Virus record (IMG/VR): IMGVR_UViG_3300019458_000191 | Location: 25,914 to 89,913 of that record | From: a virus | Length of the DNA stretch: 64,000 bases | Strand: one strand, 5' to 3' | Part shown: positions 27,929-36,267 of the stretch, one piece after another | Layout: every line of letters begins with the position of its first letter | How positions within the stretch are numbered: the stretch's first letter is position 1 | Program-made: the position numbers and the translations under genes | The notes under the pieces: model-generated | The model's database searches: none | What the model was told of the DNA's origin: nothing | What the model saw: the letters and a program-made list of their open reading frames with translations, nothing else

Positions 27929-28306
27929 CTATCCCTTTAAAAGAGACTTTTTATTTTCTATACCGTAACGTTGTTCAAGGGATTCGGGGTCAACTATTCC
28001 CATTTTAGCTTTAAGAATCGCTAATGCCGCGACCGGAGACATCAGCCCGCAATTGAATCCTATAATTCCATGTTGTTTACAAAAATCTTCAAGAGTTTTT
28101 ATATCTTTTTCTTTATGACTTAATTTTGGTTGAGGATTGGCATCCGGATTAGATTCCGACTCCTTCTTCTGAACCATTATCTTATGTGGGTCAAATTCAT
28201 TGTTAGGAGTGGCTACTGGGGGTACCTGATTTAATTTTTGTGCCATAACTTGATTAAAATCCGGAACTTTTACGAATGTAGGTTTATAATCTTCTATTTC
28301 TTCCAT
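27929..28306 (-). CDS. Hypothetical protein
   Basis: Open frame ending in KKSLLKG. Confidence 0.7.
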   Translation of the reverse strand: MEEIEDYKPTFVKVPDFNQVMAQKLNQVPPVATPNNEFDPHKIMVQKKESESNPDANPQPKLSHKEKDIKTLEDFCKQHGIIGFNCGLMSPVAALAILKAKMGIVDPESLEQRYGIENKKSLLKG

Positions 28307-28311
28307 AACAA

Positions 28312-29637
28312 TTATTCTATACCAGCTTGGTTATATTTGTCTCCGAGCCAATTTACATTATTAAGTTGTTTTTCTAAATTAACCTGTAATTTAGTTGCTA
28401 ATTCTTCTACAAAATTATCGGGTATAGTTTCTCCTGAAGTTAACATTTTATTGTAAGCTCTAAGGATACCATCTTTTATCATTTTCATTAAAAGAGATTT
28501 AAGATATTTTTTGGATTTATTTCTGTCAGAAACTTGTAAATTTTCATCCACTCCGACCAATTGTCTTTTCTTCCAATCTGGAACAGGAGAAATTTTTGGT
28601 TTTGCTCCAATACCATACAAAGCTTTCTTTTTATCTTCAATGGATTTTAAATGAATTGCACGGTCTTTAGCTTGTTGAGAATTGTCACCATCATCTTTAT
28701 TTTTTTCTCCGTAAACGAATTCTTCATACGAAACGGTTTTATCTTTATCTCTTCCTCCACCAGTATATGGATTGAATAATACATCCTTTAAATCGAATCC
28801 TTCATCATTAGCGATCGTTTTCAATATTGGTAGTATATGATTTAATCCTATTTTCTTTAATTGATTAGATTTGTTCCAAAAAGTAATAATGAGTTGACCG
28901 TCCATTTTAAAAATTCTACCTAAAACTGAATCATTATAACTGAGAGTAGGCCTCATGTCAGAATTTTCTGCATCAAATTCGCCTCTTTCCAAATTTTCTT
29001 TATATCCTGCTATTGTATCAACTAATCCACCATGAGTTTCATAATCCCATGTATGTTTTGTAAGATTAATTTTTCCATCTAAGAAAACTGTATGGGCTTT
29101 TGTGTTTCCTCGTAACCAATGAACCTCACTGTTTTCAAAATATATTATGAATGGACCTACACAACAAGAATTATCATCAAATTGACAATCAGCGAATTCT
29201 TCGGGATGTTCATTTAACTTTTCTTTTTTTTTAAAGTTACCGGTTTTAATTCCGTCTTCCCAATCTCTAAAAATCATATTTCCCAAAAGATATGCTTGTT
29301 TTTCCATCTTTCTCATGTGAGGGTCTTTTTGAGCATATCCGGGACCAAGATTATCATTATTACCTTTATTGAGCTGTTCGTGTTCATGTTGCCAGTGATG
29401 AATAATTTCGTGTGCAAAAGAACGAAGAATATCTTTTGGATGTCTATCAGTAATGTTTAGTTTAACAATTCCCGTTTCAGGCTCGTAATGTGCTGTTTTA
29501 CCTAAAAGTTTGCCGGAATTTTTTATATCTTCTACCAAAATAACTTTGGGAGTCTTTTTTAAATCCAATCGTTCTCTTAGATAGAGATAGAGACTCGCTA
29601 GATTTTCTTTAAACTCTTGTTTTTGTTCTGGTTTCAT
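28312..29637 (-). CDS. Zn-metallopeptidase-domain protein, probably virion-associated
   Basis: GKTAHY.P...RHPKDILRSFAHEIIHH.Q and E..AY..G...FR.WED; a second domain is shared with the upstream gene. Confidence 0.8.
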   Translation of the reverse strand: MKPEQKQEFKENLASLYLYLRERLDLKKTPKVILVEDIKNSGKLLGKTAHYEPETGIVKLNITDRHPKDILRSFAHEIIHHWQHEHEQLNKGNNDNLGPGYAQKDPHMRKMEKQAYLLGNMIFRDWEDGIKTGNFKKKEKLNEHPEEFADCQFDDNSCCVGPFIIYFENSEVHWLRGNTKAHTVFLDGKINLTKHTWDYETHGGLVDTIAGYKENLERGEFDAENSDMRPTLSYNDSVLGRIFKMDGQLIITFWNKSNQLKKIGLNHILPILKTIANDEGFDLKDVLFNPYTGGGRDKDKTVSYEEFVYGEKNKDDGDNSQQAKDRAIHLKSIEDKKKALYGIGAKPKISPVPDWKKRQLVGVDENLQVSDRNKSKKYLKSLLMKMIKDGILRAYNKMLTSGETIPDNFVEELATKLQVNLEKQLNNVNWLGDKYNQAGIE

Positions 29638-29641
29638 TACT

Positions 29642-29649
29642 AATAAATA
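29642..29649 (-). promoter_or_regulatory. Putative late promoter TATTTATT
   Basis: Lies 4 nt upstream of the ATG at 29637. Confidence 0.5.
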
Positions 29650-29661
29650 TAAATTCTCCGT

Positions 29662-30525
29662 CTATTCCATTGGTTTTATTGATGGAATGGGTTTAACTTC
29701 ATAAGGTATATCAGGATGAAAATAATCACTAAAACTAAGGTTATCATCATCCAAAAAAGCATCCAAATCCATAACTTCTTCAAAAGATTTTTTATCCGGT
29801 GGGGGACCTGATAAAATATGTCTTAATTGAGCATAAGATATTCCGAGTTTGTCAGCTGCCACTTGTAATCTGTTTGGTGGATATTTAGTTAATACCGCCC
29901 GTTTGGCTTCTGGAGAAAAATGTTGTAATTTTCTCAATTTATTTATTTGTTCATCTGATAATTTGGATTGGGTGGTGGTATTTTTTCTATTAAATACTTC
30001 ATCATAAGAAAAAAATCTATTTGGAATACCTATGAATTCGAAAACGGTATTTTTAATGTTTGCTCCTAGTAAAACAAAAGCATTATGAATTTGAGTTTCA
30101 TATCGTCGAACATTAAAATGATTTTCCCAAAAAGAACACATGTAATACCCTTTATTATCCATGTCTTCCCATATTCTACCAGAAACCATAACCTGGGAAT
30201 CAACTCTCTCGTCAGTTGCAATGATTCCTGCATCCCTTAATGGTTCAAGTAAGAAATGGTGCGTAAAATTTTCTTTGTGCCAGTTTAAATTTCCAGCATT
30301 ACTTTCTTCGTAATCTTCCGCTGCATCATCATCATCCAAAAAAATTTTTAACTTTTTGGGACTAGCAGCCACTACAAAAGGCCGGCCATAAAAATCACTG
30401 TCTATAACAGAAAATAATCCAACTACATCATCTCTATTTTCCCATGAATAACCGTTTCCATTATATTCTATGTAGTCCGGGTCTTCATTCAATAATTTTT
30501 TGAATGGAAGTGGCATACATGACAT
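29662..30525 (-). CDS. Hypothetical protein, probably virion-associated
   Basis: N-terminal FKKLLNE; GRIW...SFW...SYDEV domain paralogous to part of 28312..29637. Confidence 0.75.
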   Translation of the reverse strand: MSCMPLPFKKLLNEDPDYIEYNGNGYSWENRDDVVGLFSVIDSDFYGRPFVVAASPKKLKIFLDDDDAAEDYEESNAGNLNWHKENFTHHFLLEPLRDAGIIATDERVDSQVMVSGRIWEDMDNKGYYMCSFWENHFNVRRYETQIHNAFVLLGANIKNTVFEFIGIPNRFFSYDEVFNRKNTTTQSKLSDEQINKLRKLQHFSPEAKRAVLTKYPPNRLQVAADKLGISYAQLRHILSGPPPDKKSFEEVMDLDAFLDDDNLSFSDYFHPDIPYEVKPIPSIKPME

Positions 30526-31274
30526 TATTCCGTCATATTTGGTTCTGTCTGAACCGACCGGGCGTGGTCATCTTTTTGAACTCTGGCTTGAGTAGGAGCC
30601 ACAACTTTCATTGAATGACATTCATCTACATCTTTTTCATGACATTTGCATTCACATTCCGGAGGACAGTCACAAGCAAATTTTGGATCTCCTGTACATG
30701 GGCACTTATCTCCTTCTTCTAAAGTCATTTCATCTAATACTTCACGAACCAACGTTTTAATCAAATTTACGTGGGATTCTTGAAGTTTGGGGGTGCCATC
30801 TATCTTACCAGAAGAATTTGGACCGCCTTGACCGTCAGCAGTGGCACTAATTTCCTTTGGTGTTCCATCGATTTTACCTGAGGAATTTGATCCACCTTGT
30901 TTTTGACCTTCGCCGGAAACAACGTCACCACCAACGGAATGAGATGCAACGCTTTTATCTACCATTCCGGCAGCAGTAATTTTATCTTCTGCATGGCCAC
31001 CAACTTTAGTCATACCAGAAACAGCACCATCAGCACATTTGCCACTGGTAGGTTTTCCTACCTGAATAATTTTGGCCAATCCAACCATACCACGTACACG
31101 GGGTATTTTCATAGACCCATCATCGTATTTTAATTCTGTATCATCCACATCGTCTTTTTCTAAACCTATTCCTGGAGATGAATTATCAAAATGATTATGT
31201 TCCTCGTTTATATCCGAAGATTTCTTACCATAAAACTCTCGGTAACTTAAAATTTTATTGTTTTTATTTTCCAT
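30525..31274 (-). CDS. Low-complexity protein with internal repeat and Cys-rich segment
   Basis: GG.NSSGKIDGTPK occurs twice; CPCTGDPKFACDCPPECECKCH. Confidence 0.75.
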   Translation of the reverse strand: MENKNNKILSYREFYGKKSSDINEEHNHFDNSSPGIGLEKDDVDDTELKYDDGSMKIPRVRGMVGLAKIIQVGKPTSGKCADGAVSGMTKVGGHAEDKITAAGMVDKSVASHSVGGDVVSGEGQKQGGSNSSGKIDGTPKEISATADGQGGPNSSGKIDGTPKLQESHVNLIKTLVREVLDEMTLEEGDKCPCTGDPKFACDCPPECECKCHEKDVDECHSMKVVAPTQARVQKDDHARSVQTEPNMTE

Positions 31275-31833
31275 ATCGTTTTTCCTGTTTCTCTTTGAGT
31301 TTTTCTTGGATTATATCACAAATAGATCGAGGCGTTCTTTCTACTTGTTTTTTTCTTTCTATTATCATTTGGTCAAGAAGCTTAACAGTTTCTTTCACTT
31401 TCATTTTTTCATCATCGATGTTTAACATACCTAACCTACTGTAATATTGAGGGTCTTGTTTTAAATTGTTTAATACTGCTTGTTTAGCAATACTCTTATC
31501 TCTCTTCACCATGTTATTCAATTCATATTGAAGTGCCATGAGGATTTCATCTGGAGACGGAGTAATCTTTTTTGAAAATATTTGATTTACTTGATTATCA
31601 ATGGAAGCTGAATCAGGACCAAGAGGGGGTTGAATATTGTCCGAATCTAAATCTTGAGAACCGCTTGGTTGATTTCCTATATGATTTACTCCCTTTTCAG
31701 AAGCCGAAAATGAAGAAGGGTTTTGAGTAATATTTCCGCCAGCAGGAGTACCGTAACCAGGCCCAACAGAAGATATACCAGCGGCACCACCCGGTGCACC
31801 ATCAAATGTATTTTCTATCGTGAATTTGTCCAT
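31264..31833 (-). CDS. Hypothetical protein with DUF5661-like C-terminal region
   Basis: G/S/P-rich N-terminus; L.YE......D..IAK..V..NL..DP.YYS.L. Confidence 0.7.
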   Translation of the reverse strand: MDKFTIENTFDGAPGGAAGISSVGPGYGTPAGGNITQNPSSFSASEKGVNHIGNQPSGSQDLDSDNIQPPLGPDSASIDNQVNQIFSKKITPSPDEILMALQYELNNMVKRDKSIAKQAVLNNLKQDPQYYSRLGMLNIDDEKMKVKETVKLLDQMIIERKKQVERTPRSICDIIQEKLKEKQEKRYGK

Positions 31834-31853
31834 ACACTATAAATAGTATGGAC
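31828..31853 (-). promoter_or_regulatory. Start-codon-sequestering hairpin with TATTTATA in the loop
   Basis: Perfect 8-bp inverted repeat GTCCATAC/GTATGGAC containing the ATG at 31833; loop motif at 31838-31845. Confidence 0.7.
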
Positions 31854-31885
31854 TTAGGAGAAAGGAGGAACAAGTTAGTGAGATT

Positions 31886-32149
31886 TTATAATTCTTCTAT
31901 AAGAATTTTTTTAGATGTCAGTTCTATCATTATTTCTTTACCATTAATAGATGTTTCTTCGAGATAAAAAATCGTATGTTCACCGACAATATTTATAGAC
32001 TTCACTTGTTTTATGGGATTTAATTTACTATGATTACATAAGTTACTAGCTTTACGTATATTCATATTATTATTGAAATAATCTATCCAATATTGTTTAT
32101 TTTTTATTGGAACTTTGGTACCAAATGATGATATATCATCCGGCATCAT
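31886..32149 (-). CDS. Hypothetical protein
   Basis: Open frame overlapping the upstream stop; start uncertain. Confidence 0.5.
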   Translation of the reverse strand: MMPDDISSFGTKVPIKNKQYWIDYFNNNMNIRKASNLCNHSKLNPIKQVKSINIVGEHTIFYLEETSINGKEIMIELTSKKILIEEL

Positions 32150-32375
32150 ACGTTCTATCTCCATCTTTATCCTCAATTGGTTTTCCATCAGAAGGAAGAG
32201 AAGTATCCCATTGGAATTTTGGTCTGAAATCTCCGTCACCATCAGAATACAACGTCACGTTACGTGAAGACCCCAATCCACCAAGTTGTTGCATGTATTT
32301 CAACATAGCAAGAAAATGAGGAATCCATCTCTCTTCCATACTACACTCAATAGTAAATGTTTTACTGTTTCTCAT
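32136..32375 (-). CDS. Hypothetical protein
   Basis: Motif G..GSSR....YSDGDGDFRPKF. Confidence 0.65.
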   Translation of the reverse strand: MRNSKTFTIECSMEERWIPHFLAMLKYMQQLGGLGSSRNVTLYSDGDGDFRPKFQWDTSLPSDGKPIEDKDGDRTYDAG

Positions 32376-32395
32376 GTTTCTCTCCGTGACAGTTC

Positions 32396-32590
32396 TTACA
32401 TAAAAGAACACAATAAACAAAGTAAAGGTTTTTTATAATACCACCTTCTTTTTAATAATTTATCTCTTTCCGGATTATTTTTTACCCAATGTTTATCTCT
32501 ACATCTCGTAGAACAAAATTTCTTATTAGGATGTTTTGTAGATAGTAAAAAATCAGAATTACAAAATAAACATTTAACTAATGTCTCCAT
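32396..32590 (-). CDS. Small Zn-finger protein, possibly a truncated homing endonuclease
   Basis: CLFC...KFCSTRC followed by CLLC and an early stop; very AT-rich. Confidence 0.5.
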   Translation of the reverse strand: METLVKCLFCNSDFLLSTKHPNKKFCSTRCRDKHWVKNNPERDKLLKRRWYYKKPLLCLLCSFM

Positions 32591-32864
32591 TTTCCTTTAT
32601 CTTCTCGTTTTCGTAATCCGAAACAGGTCTTCTATATAATTCCAATTTTATACACTCTAATACACCAATTAAATCATTAGCAGTCTGATATCCGCGTTGA
32701 AGATTCAAAATTCTATTACAAACCGTTGATATGACGTAATTTATTTCTCCCACCGAATATAATGGTTTGCGTTCATCAAAAAGATTTTCCTCTGTGAGTT
32801 TTCGAACAATAGTATCTATTAATTCGTCGTATTTCTTTCGGTCTTCTGGTTTAATATAAGGCAT
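32574..32864 (-). CDS. DUF6899-like phage protein
   Basis: Motifs MPYIK..R, GE.NY.I and G.LEC.KLELYRR....YE..K..ENGD. Confidence 0.8.
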   Translation of the reverse strand: MPYIKPEDRKKYDELIDTIVRKLTEENLFDERKPLYSVGEINYVISTVCNRILNLQRGYQTANDLIGVLECIKLELYRRPVSDYENEKIKENGDIS

Positions 32865-32865
32865 A

Positions 32866-33207
32866 TTATTCGAAACTTTTACATTTGAGTTGAATTACGG
32901 TGACAGTAGAAGTCAAATCCAAATCAGGATAATAATCTCTCAATCCTTCAAATAAATCCGTTCTCGACACAAACCCATCTTTTATATATTCGTCTTCGGT
33001 TATGTCATTGAGTGTAGTATGACGAACGTTGACTACTTCTGCTTCCATGCACCAATTTACATCGGGACAAGCCAAAATAACTTTACCGGGTTTATAATCT
33101 CTATGACCTTCTCGAATTGTGATAGTTTTTTCTCCACTCATTGCTACATCTATAAGAGATTCTGACAGGAGAAGACATTGTAAAGGTTTTTTTAATTTAG
33201 ACTCCAT
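32866..33207 (-). CDS. ASCH domain protein
   Basis: Motifs GEKTITIR and DGF...L..YYP.....VTVI. Confidence 0.85.
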   Translation of the reverse strand: MESKLKKPLQCLLLSESLIDVAMSGEKTITIREGHRDYKPGKVILACPDVNWCMEAEVVNVRHTTLNDITEDEYIKDGFVSRTDLFEGLRDYYPDLDLTSTVTVIQLKCKSFE

Positions 33208-33385
33208 AATTTATTTTAACTAAATATTTTTTTGTTATTGATTGAGAATGAGCCAGAGAAACTTCAGCAACAGGAGTTCCCGGAGGATAAATAGTTTCGA
33301 TGGTAACTGGTCCCTTTTCTTTAACAAGAGTTAACAATCCATTGATTATTTCCTCAGACGTATCAAATGATAATGTCTCACTCAT
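33197..33385 (-). CDS. Hypothetical protein
   Basis: Overlaps both neighbours in the operon. Confidence 0.55.
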   Translation of the reverse strand: MSETLSFDTSEEIINGLLTLVKEKGPVTIETIYPPGTPVAEVSLAHSQSITKKYLVKINYGV

Positions 33386-33720
33386 ACTGGTTCCATGTAT
33401 TCTACAGGTATTCCAAATTCTGTAGCAATCTTTATTTCAGCATTGACTCCGGTTGATTCCTTATATCCATCAACCATCAAAACTATAAGTTTTTGACAAC
33501 GAGCAATCATTGCCACATCGAATGCTTTCCAGAATTCCCAATGACCTGGCAAACTTGCATCAACCGACATTGGATGACATTGAGAAATAGGAGCAAAAAC
33601 AAAATGACCTTCACACATCAATTTTGAAGCTGCTCTATTTGATGCATGAAATCTTTCTTCTTGAACAGATTTATCTTTATGAGAATACGGACAGGCTAAA
33701 TATATGAGGGAATTATTCAT
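33382..33720 (-). CDS. DUF1937 / nucleoside 2-deoxyribosyltransferase-like protein
   Basis: Motifs IYLACPYS, FAPI..H, W..FD and S.GV.AEI..A. Confidence 0.85.
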   Translation of the reverse strand: MNNSLIYLACPYSHKDKSVQEERFHASNRAASKLMCEGHFVFAPISQCHPMSVDASLPGHWEFWKAFDVAMIARCQKLIVLMVDGYKESTGVNAEIKIATEFGIPVEYMEPV

Positions 33721-33721
33721 A

Positions 33722-34114
33722 TCAATTCGAATTAGGATTTAATGCTCCTGTTAAATGAATAAGTTCCACCGAATTATATGGTTGAACTATTAAATTAATG
33801 GCCAATGTTGCTGGCTCCAAAAAATATACATGTGTTCGATATGATTGTATTATTTTCATATCTTCGAGTGTCAGTAATTCTTTATCGATATTTGATGACA
33901 CTTTAGTTCGTGTTTCAGAATTCATCGGTTCAAATGCCGATGCACGTAACTCTCTATCAATTAATTCTTTCAAAGTCTTAACAAGAACACTATTTTCATA
34001 CCTTGAAAGAGTGTCTGATTTTTCCGTTGTATTATTTGACCAAGAAGGTCTTGGAATCCAAGCAAACAAACAAGTCAAAAATGATGCTTTAGTAAAAAAT
34101 TGTCTTCTATTCAT
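33722..34114 (-). CDS. Tat-signal protein with stand-alone tail-sheath C-terminal-like domain
   Basis: MNRRQFF twin-arginine leader; FEP.N..TR..V...I...L..L....I..Y and I..IVQP..SVE.I.L; AAGGAGG RBS. Confidence 0.7.
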   Translation of the reverse strand: MNRRQFFTKASFLTCLFAWIPRPSWSNNTTEKSDTLSRYENSVLVKTLKELIDRELRASAFEPMNSETRTKVSSNIDKELLTLEDMKIIQSYRTHVYFLEPATLAINLIVQPYNSVELIHLTGALNPNSN

Positions 34115-34275
34115 TGTTGACCTCCTTCAAAGCAAGTTCATACATGTTCATTAGTGTAGAGCTTAATGTTTCGCCTCCATGAAAGACTTCTAATTTTTTG
34201 TAAAGATTCAAGGTCGATTCTTGATTTTGCTTCTTTTCCATTCTTTCTAACTATTATTTCAACTTCATTTTTCAT
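34107..34275 (-). pseudogene. Small ORF with a frameshift in an A6 run; the corrected product resembles a T4 gp23 segment
   Basis: As read it stops at 34138. Removing one A at 34194-34199 gives ...EAKSRIDLESLQKLEVFHG...EVNNE*, overlapping the next ATG. Confidence 0.5.
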
Positions 34276-34279
34276 AATT

Positions 34280-35026
34280 TTATCGTAATTCAGGTTTCAA
34301 AAGTTTCCAACGGTCGCTGTTAATTCTTACAATATTATCATCGATGTTTTCTACCATCGTCATGACTTCTTCAACGTTATTGTAGATGTATTTATGAGGA
34401 ACAGCACCCATTATCCACAATGGAGTCTTTTTCTTACCACCTTCAATAGAAAGGAACAAAGGTTTCTTTTCACGAATGACAGTGGTTATTTCTTCGGCAC
34501 TTCCCCACGATGCTTTCTCTGGAATGATATGAGCTATAAAGAAATCACAAATATCACACAATCTTAAATCATGAGAACGAACCTGCCACATTCTCTGTTG
34601 AACCAAATCATATTGTTCTGTTTCCATCCAGTGATGCATTTCATCTCGTGACCTTTCATCTTCTGGAATTTCATTAATGAATGGTTTGTGATATGGGTCG
34701 AAAAAGGTAATATTCCTATTGGCGAGCCTCTGTTTTATAACATCTCTCCATCCCCGGCCGTCTGAATATTGCATGTGACCAATCAGATAACAGCGAGTTC
34801 TAAACAAAACGTTTTCTTTTGTTTTAACAGATGATTGTTGGTCTTCTGCATTACCAAACAATAATTTTTTGTGTTCATTTTCCATAGGAATTTTATAATT
34901 CTGGTTTTTAATAACCCGGCAACCTTCTTCTTCTAAAGAACGAATCCGAATGTCAAACCACTCTCCGGTGGCATCATTTCGTTGTAACCACCAAGGCGGA
35001 TCACCGGCTGACAGTTTTGTTGACAT
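34280..35026 (-). CDS. Nucleoside 2-deoxyribosyltransferase-like protein
   Basis: Motifs YLIG.M....GWR, FDP, DL...D.CD and GSAEE. The true start may be internal. Confidence 0.8.
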   Translation of the reverse strand: MSTKLSAGDPPWWLQRNDATGEWFDIRIRSLEEEGCRVIKNQNYKIPMENEHKKLLFGNAEDQQSSVKTKENVLFRTRCYLIGHMQYSDGRGWRDVIKQRLANRNITFFDPYHKPFINEIPEDERSRDEMHHWMETEQYDLVQQRMWQVRSHDLRLCDICDFFIAHIIPEKASWGSAEEITTVIREKKPLFLSIEGGKKKTPLWIMGAVPHKYIYNNVEEVMTMVENIDDNIVRINSDRWKLLKPELR

Positions 35027-35028
35027 TA

Positions 35029-35259
35029 TTAGTCGGTAACTGTCACAAACTCCAGAGCTAATCCACGTTGTTGTGCAAAATCCATCAAATCAGGTAATTC
35101 ACGAACCGGACGATAGTTTACTGCAACTTCAAGAGTTTTGCAAAAACGGGTTGGATGATTTTCAATCACGTTTGCACCACGCAACCATTGATGGGTGTGG
35201 TATTTTTGAATAAATTCGGCTAGGGCCTGACGGTCTTTTTCGTTTGTTGGTAATTTCAT
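35029..35259 (-). CDS. Hypothetical protein
   Basis: Open frame in an operon. Confidence 0.65.
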   Translation of the reverse strand: MKLPTNEKDRQALAEFIQKYHTHQWLRGANVIENHPTRFCKTLEVAVNYRPVRELPDLMDFAQQRGLALEFVTVTD

Positions 35260-35293
35260 AATTTTTTCTTTCCTACATTAATAATATCGAACA

Positions 35294-36265
35294 TTACTTC
35301 AAATGTTTCAAGATTTTATATACACACGCCAAAAACGTTAAGTCTCTGGCCTTTGGAATGACAAGTGAAGATTGATACAGTGATTCGGCCAACTCTACAA
35401 TGATTAAAGCATCCTTTCCCTTTCCGTAAGAATCGACCTTTTCAAACAATTGTTTATACAAAGCATCAAATGAATTTGGGTCAAAATCAGCAACCAACTG
35501 ACGTATCTCTCCGAATGAAGATAGTTTCGGAGACTTTAGAATTTCGACAATCTTTTCAATGAAGTCGTTATTGACAATTGATTGTTTTGATATCTTTATG
35601 ACACCATTCACCGTTGACTGTTGAGCAAAATTAAGTACTTTTCTCATGTCAGGATGAAAAGAGTTTATAATAAAAACAATATCTTCTTGTGTAAATTGTA
35701 CATTTTCAATTGTTAAGATTTCGGCCAATTTAACGGCCCCTTCCTTTTTACTGGAAGGACGGATTTCAAACCCCTGAGTCCTTGAAATTAACGCTGGAAT
35801 TATCTTTTCTACATAATTACATGTTAAAATAAACCGTGTATGAGCCGAATATGTTTCCAACAAATTTCTAAGAACAGATTGTGCATTAAGAGTCAAGAAG
35901 TCGGCTTCATCCAATATGATGACCTTTAATGGTCTAAATCCAGCGGAATAAGCAAAATTCTTAATCTTGTCTCTAATTGTTTCAATACCATTTTCATCCG
36001 ATGCATTAATTGTCATTACATCACATGGTATATGTTGAACGATTAATTTAGCCAATGTAGTCTTTCCGGTACCAGCAGGCCCACTGAATAAAAGATTTGG
36101 AATATCTTTCTTTTCTATGAAAAGTTTGATTTGTTCTTTTATATCCGAGTGTCCGACATATTCATCCAATGTCGCAGGCCGATATTTCTCAACCCAAAGA
36201 GTATGTTTTTCTCTTTTGGCTAAGGTTTTATCTAAACGTGATTCATCTTCAAAAAAATCATTCAT
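35294..36265 (-). CDS. Clamp loader subunit (T4 gp44 / RFC small subunit-like)
   Basis: Motifs LWVEKYRP, GPAGTGKTT, NASD, ILDEAD, FILTCN and SR. Confidence 0.95.
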   Translation of the reverse strand: MNDFFEDESRLDKTLAKREKHTLWVEKYRPATLDEYVGHSDIKEQIKLFIEKKDIPNLLFSGPAGTGKTTLAKLIVQHIPCDVMTINASDENGIETIRDKIKNFAYSAGFRPLKVIILDEADFLTLNAQSVLRNLLETYSAHTRFILTCNYVEKIIPALISRTQGFEIRPSSKKEGAVKLAEILTIENVQFTQEDIVFIINSFHPDMRKVLNFAQQSTVNGVIKISKQSIVNNDFIEKIVEILKSPKLSSFGEIRQLVADFDPNSFDALYKQLFEKVDSYGKGKDALIIVELAESLYQSSLVIPKARDLTFLACVYKILKHLK

Positions 36266-36267
36266 AA

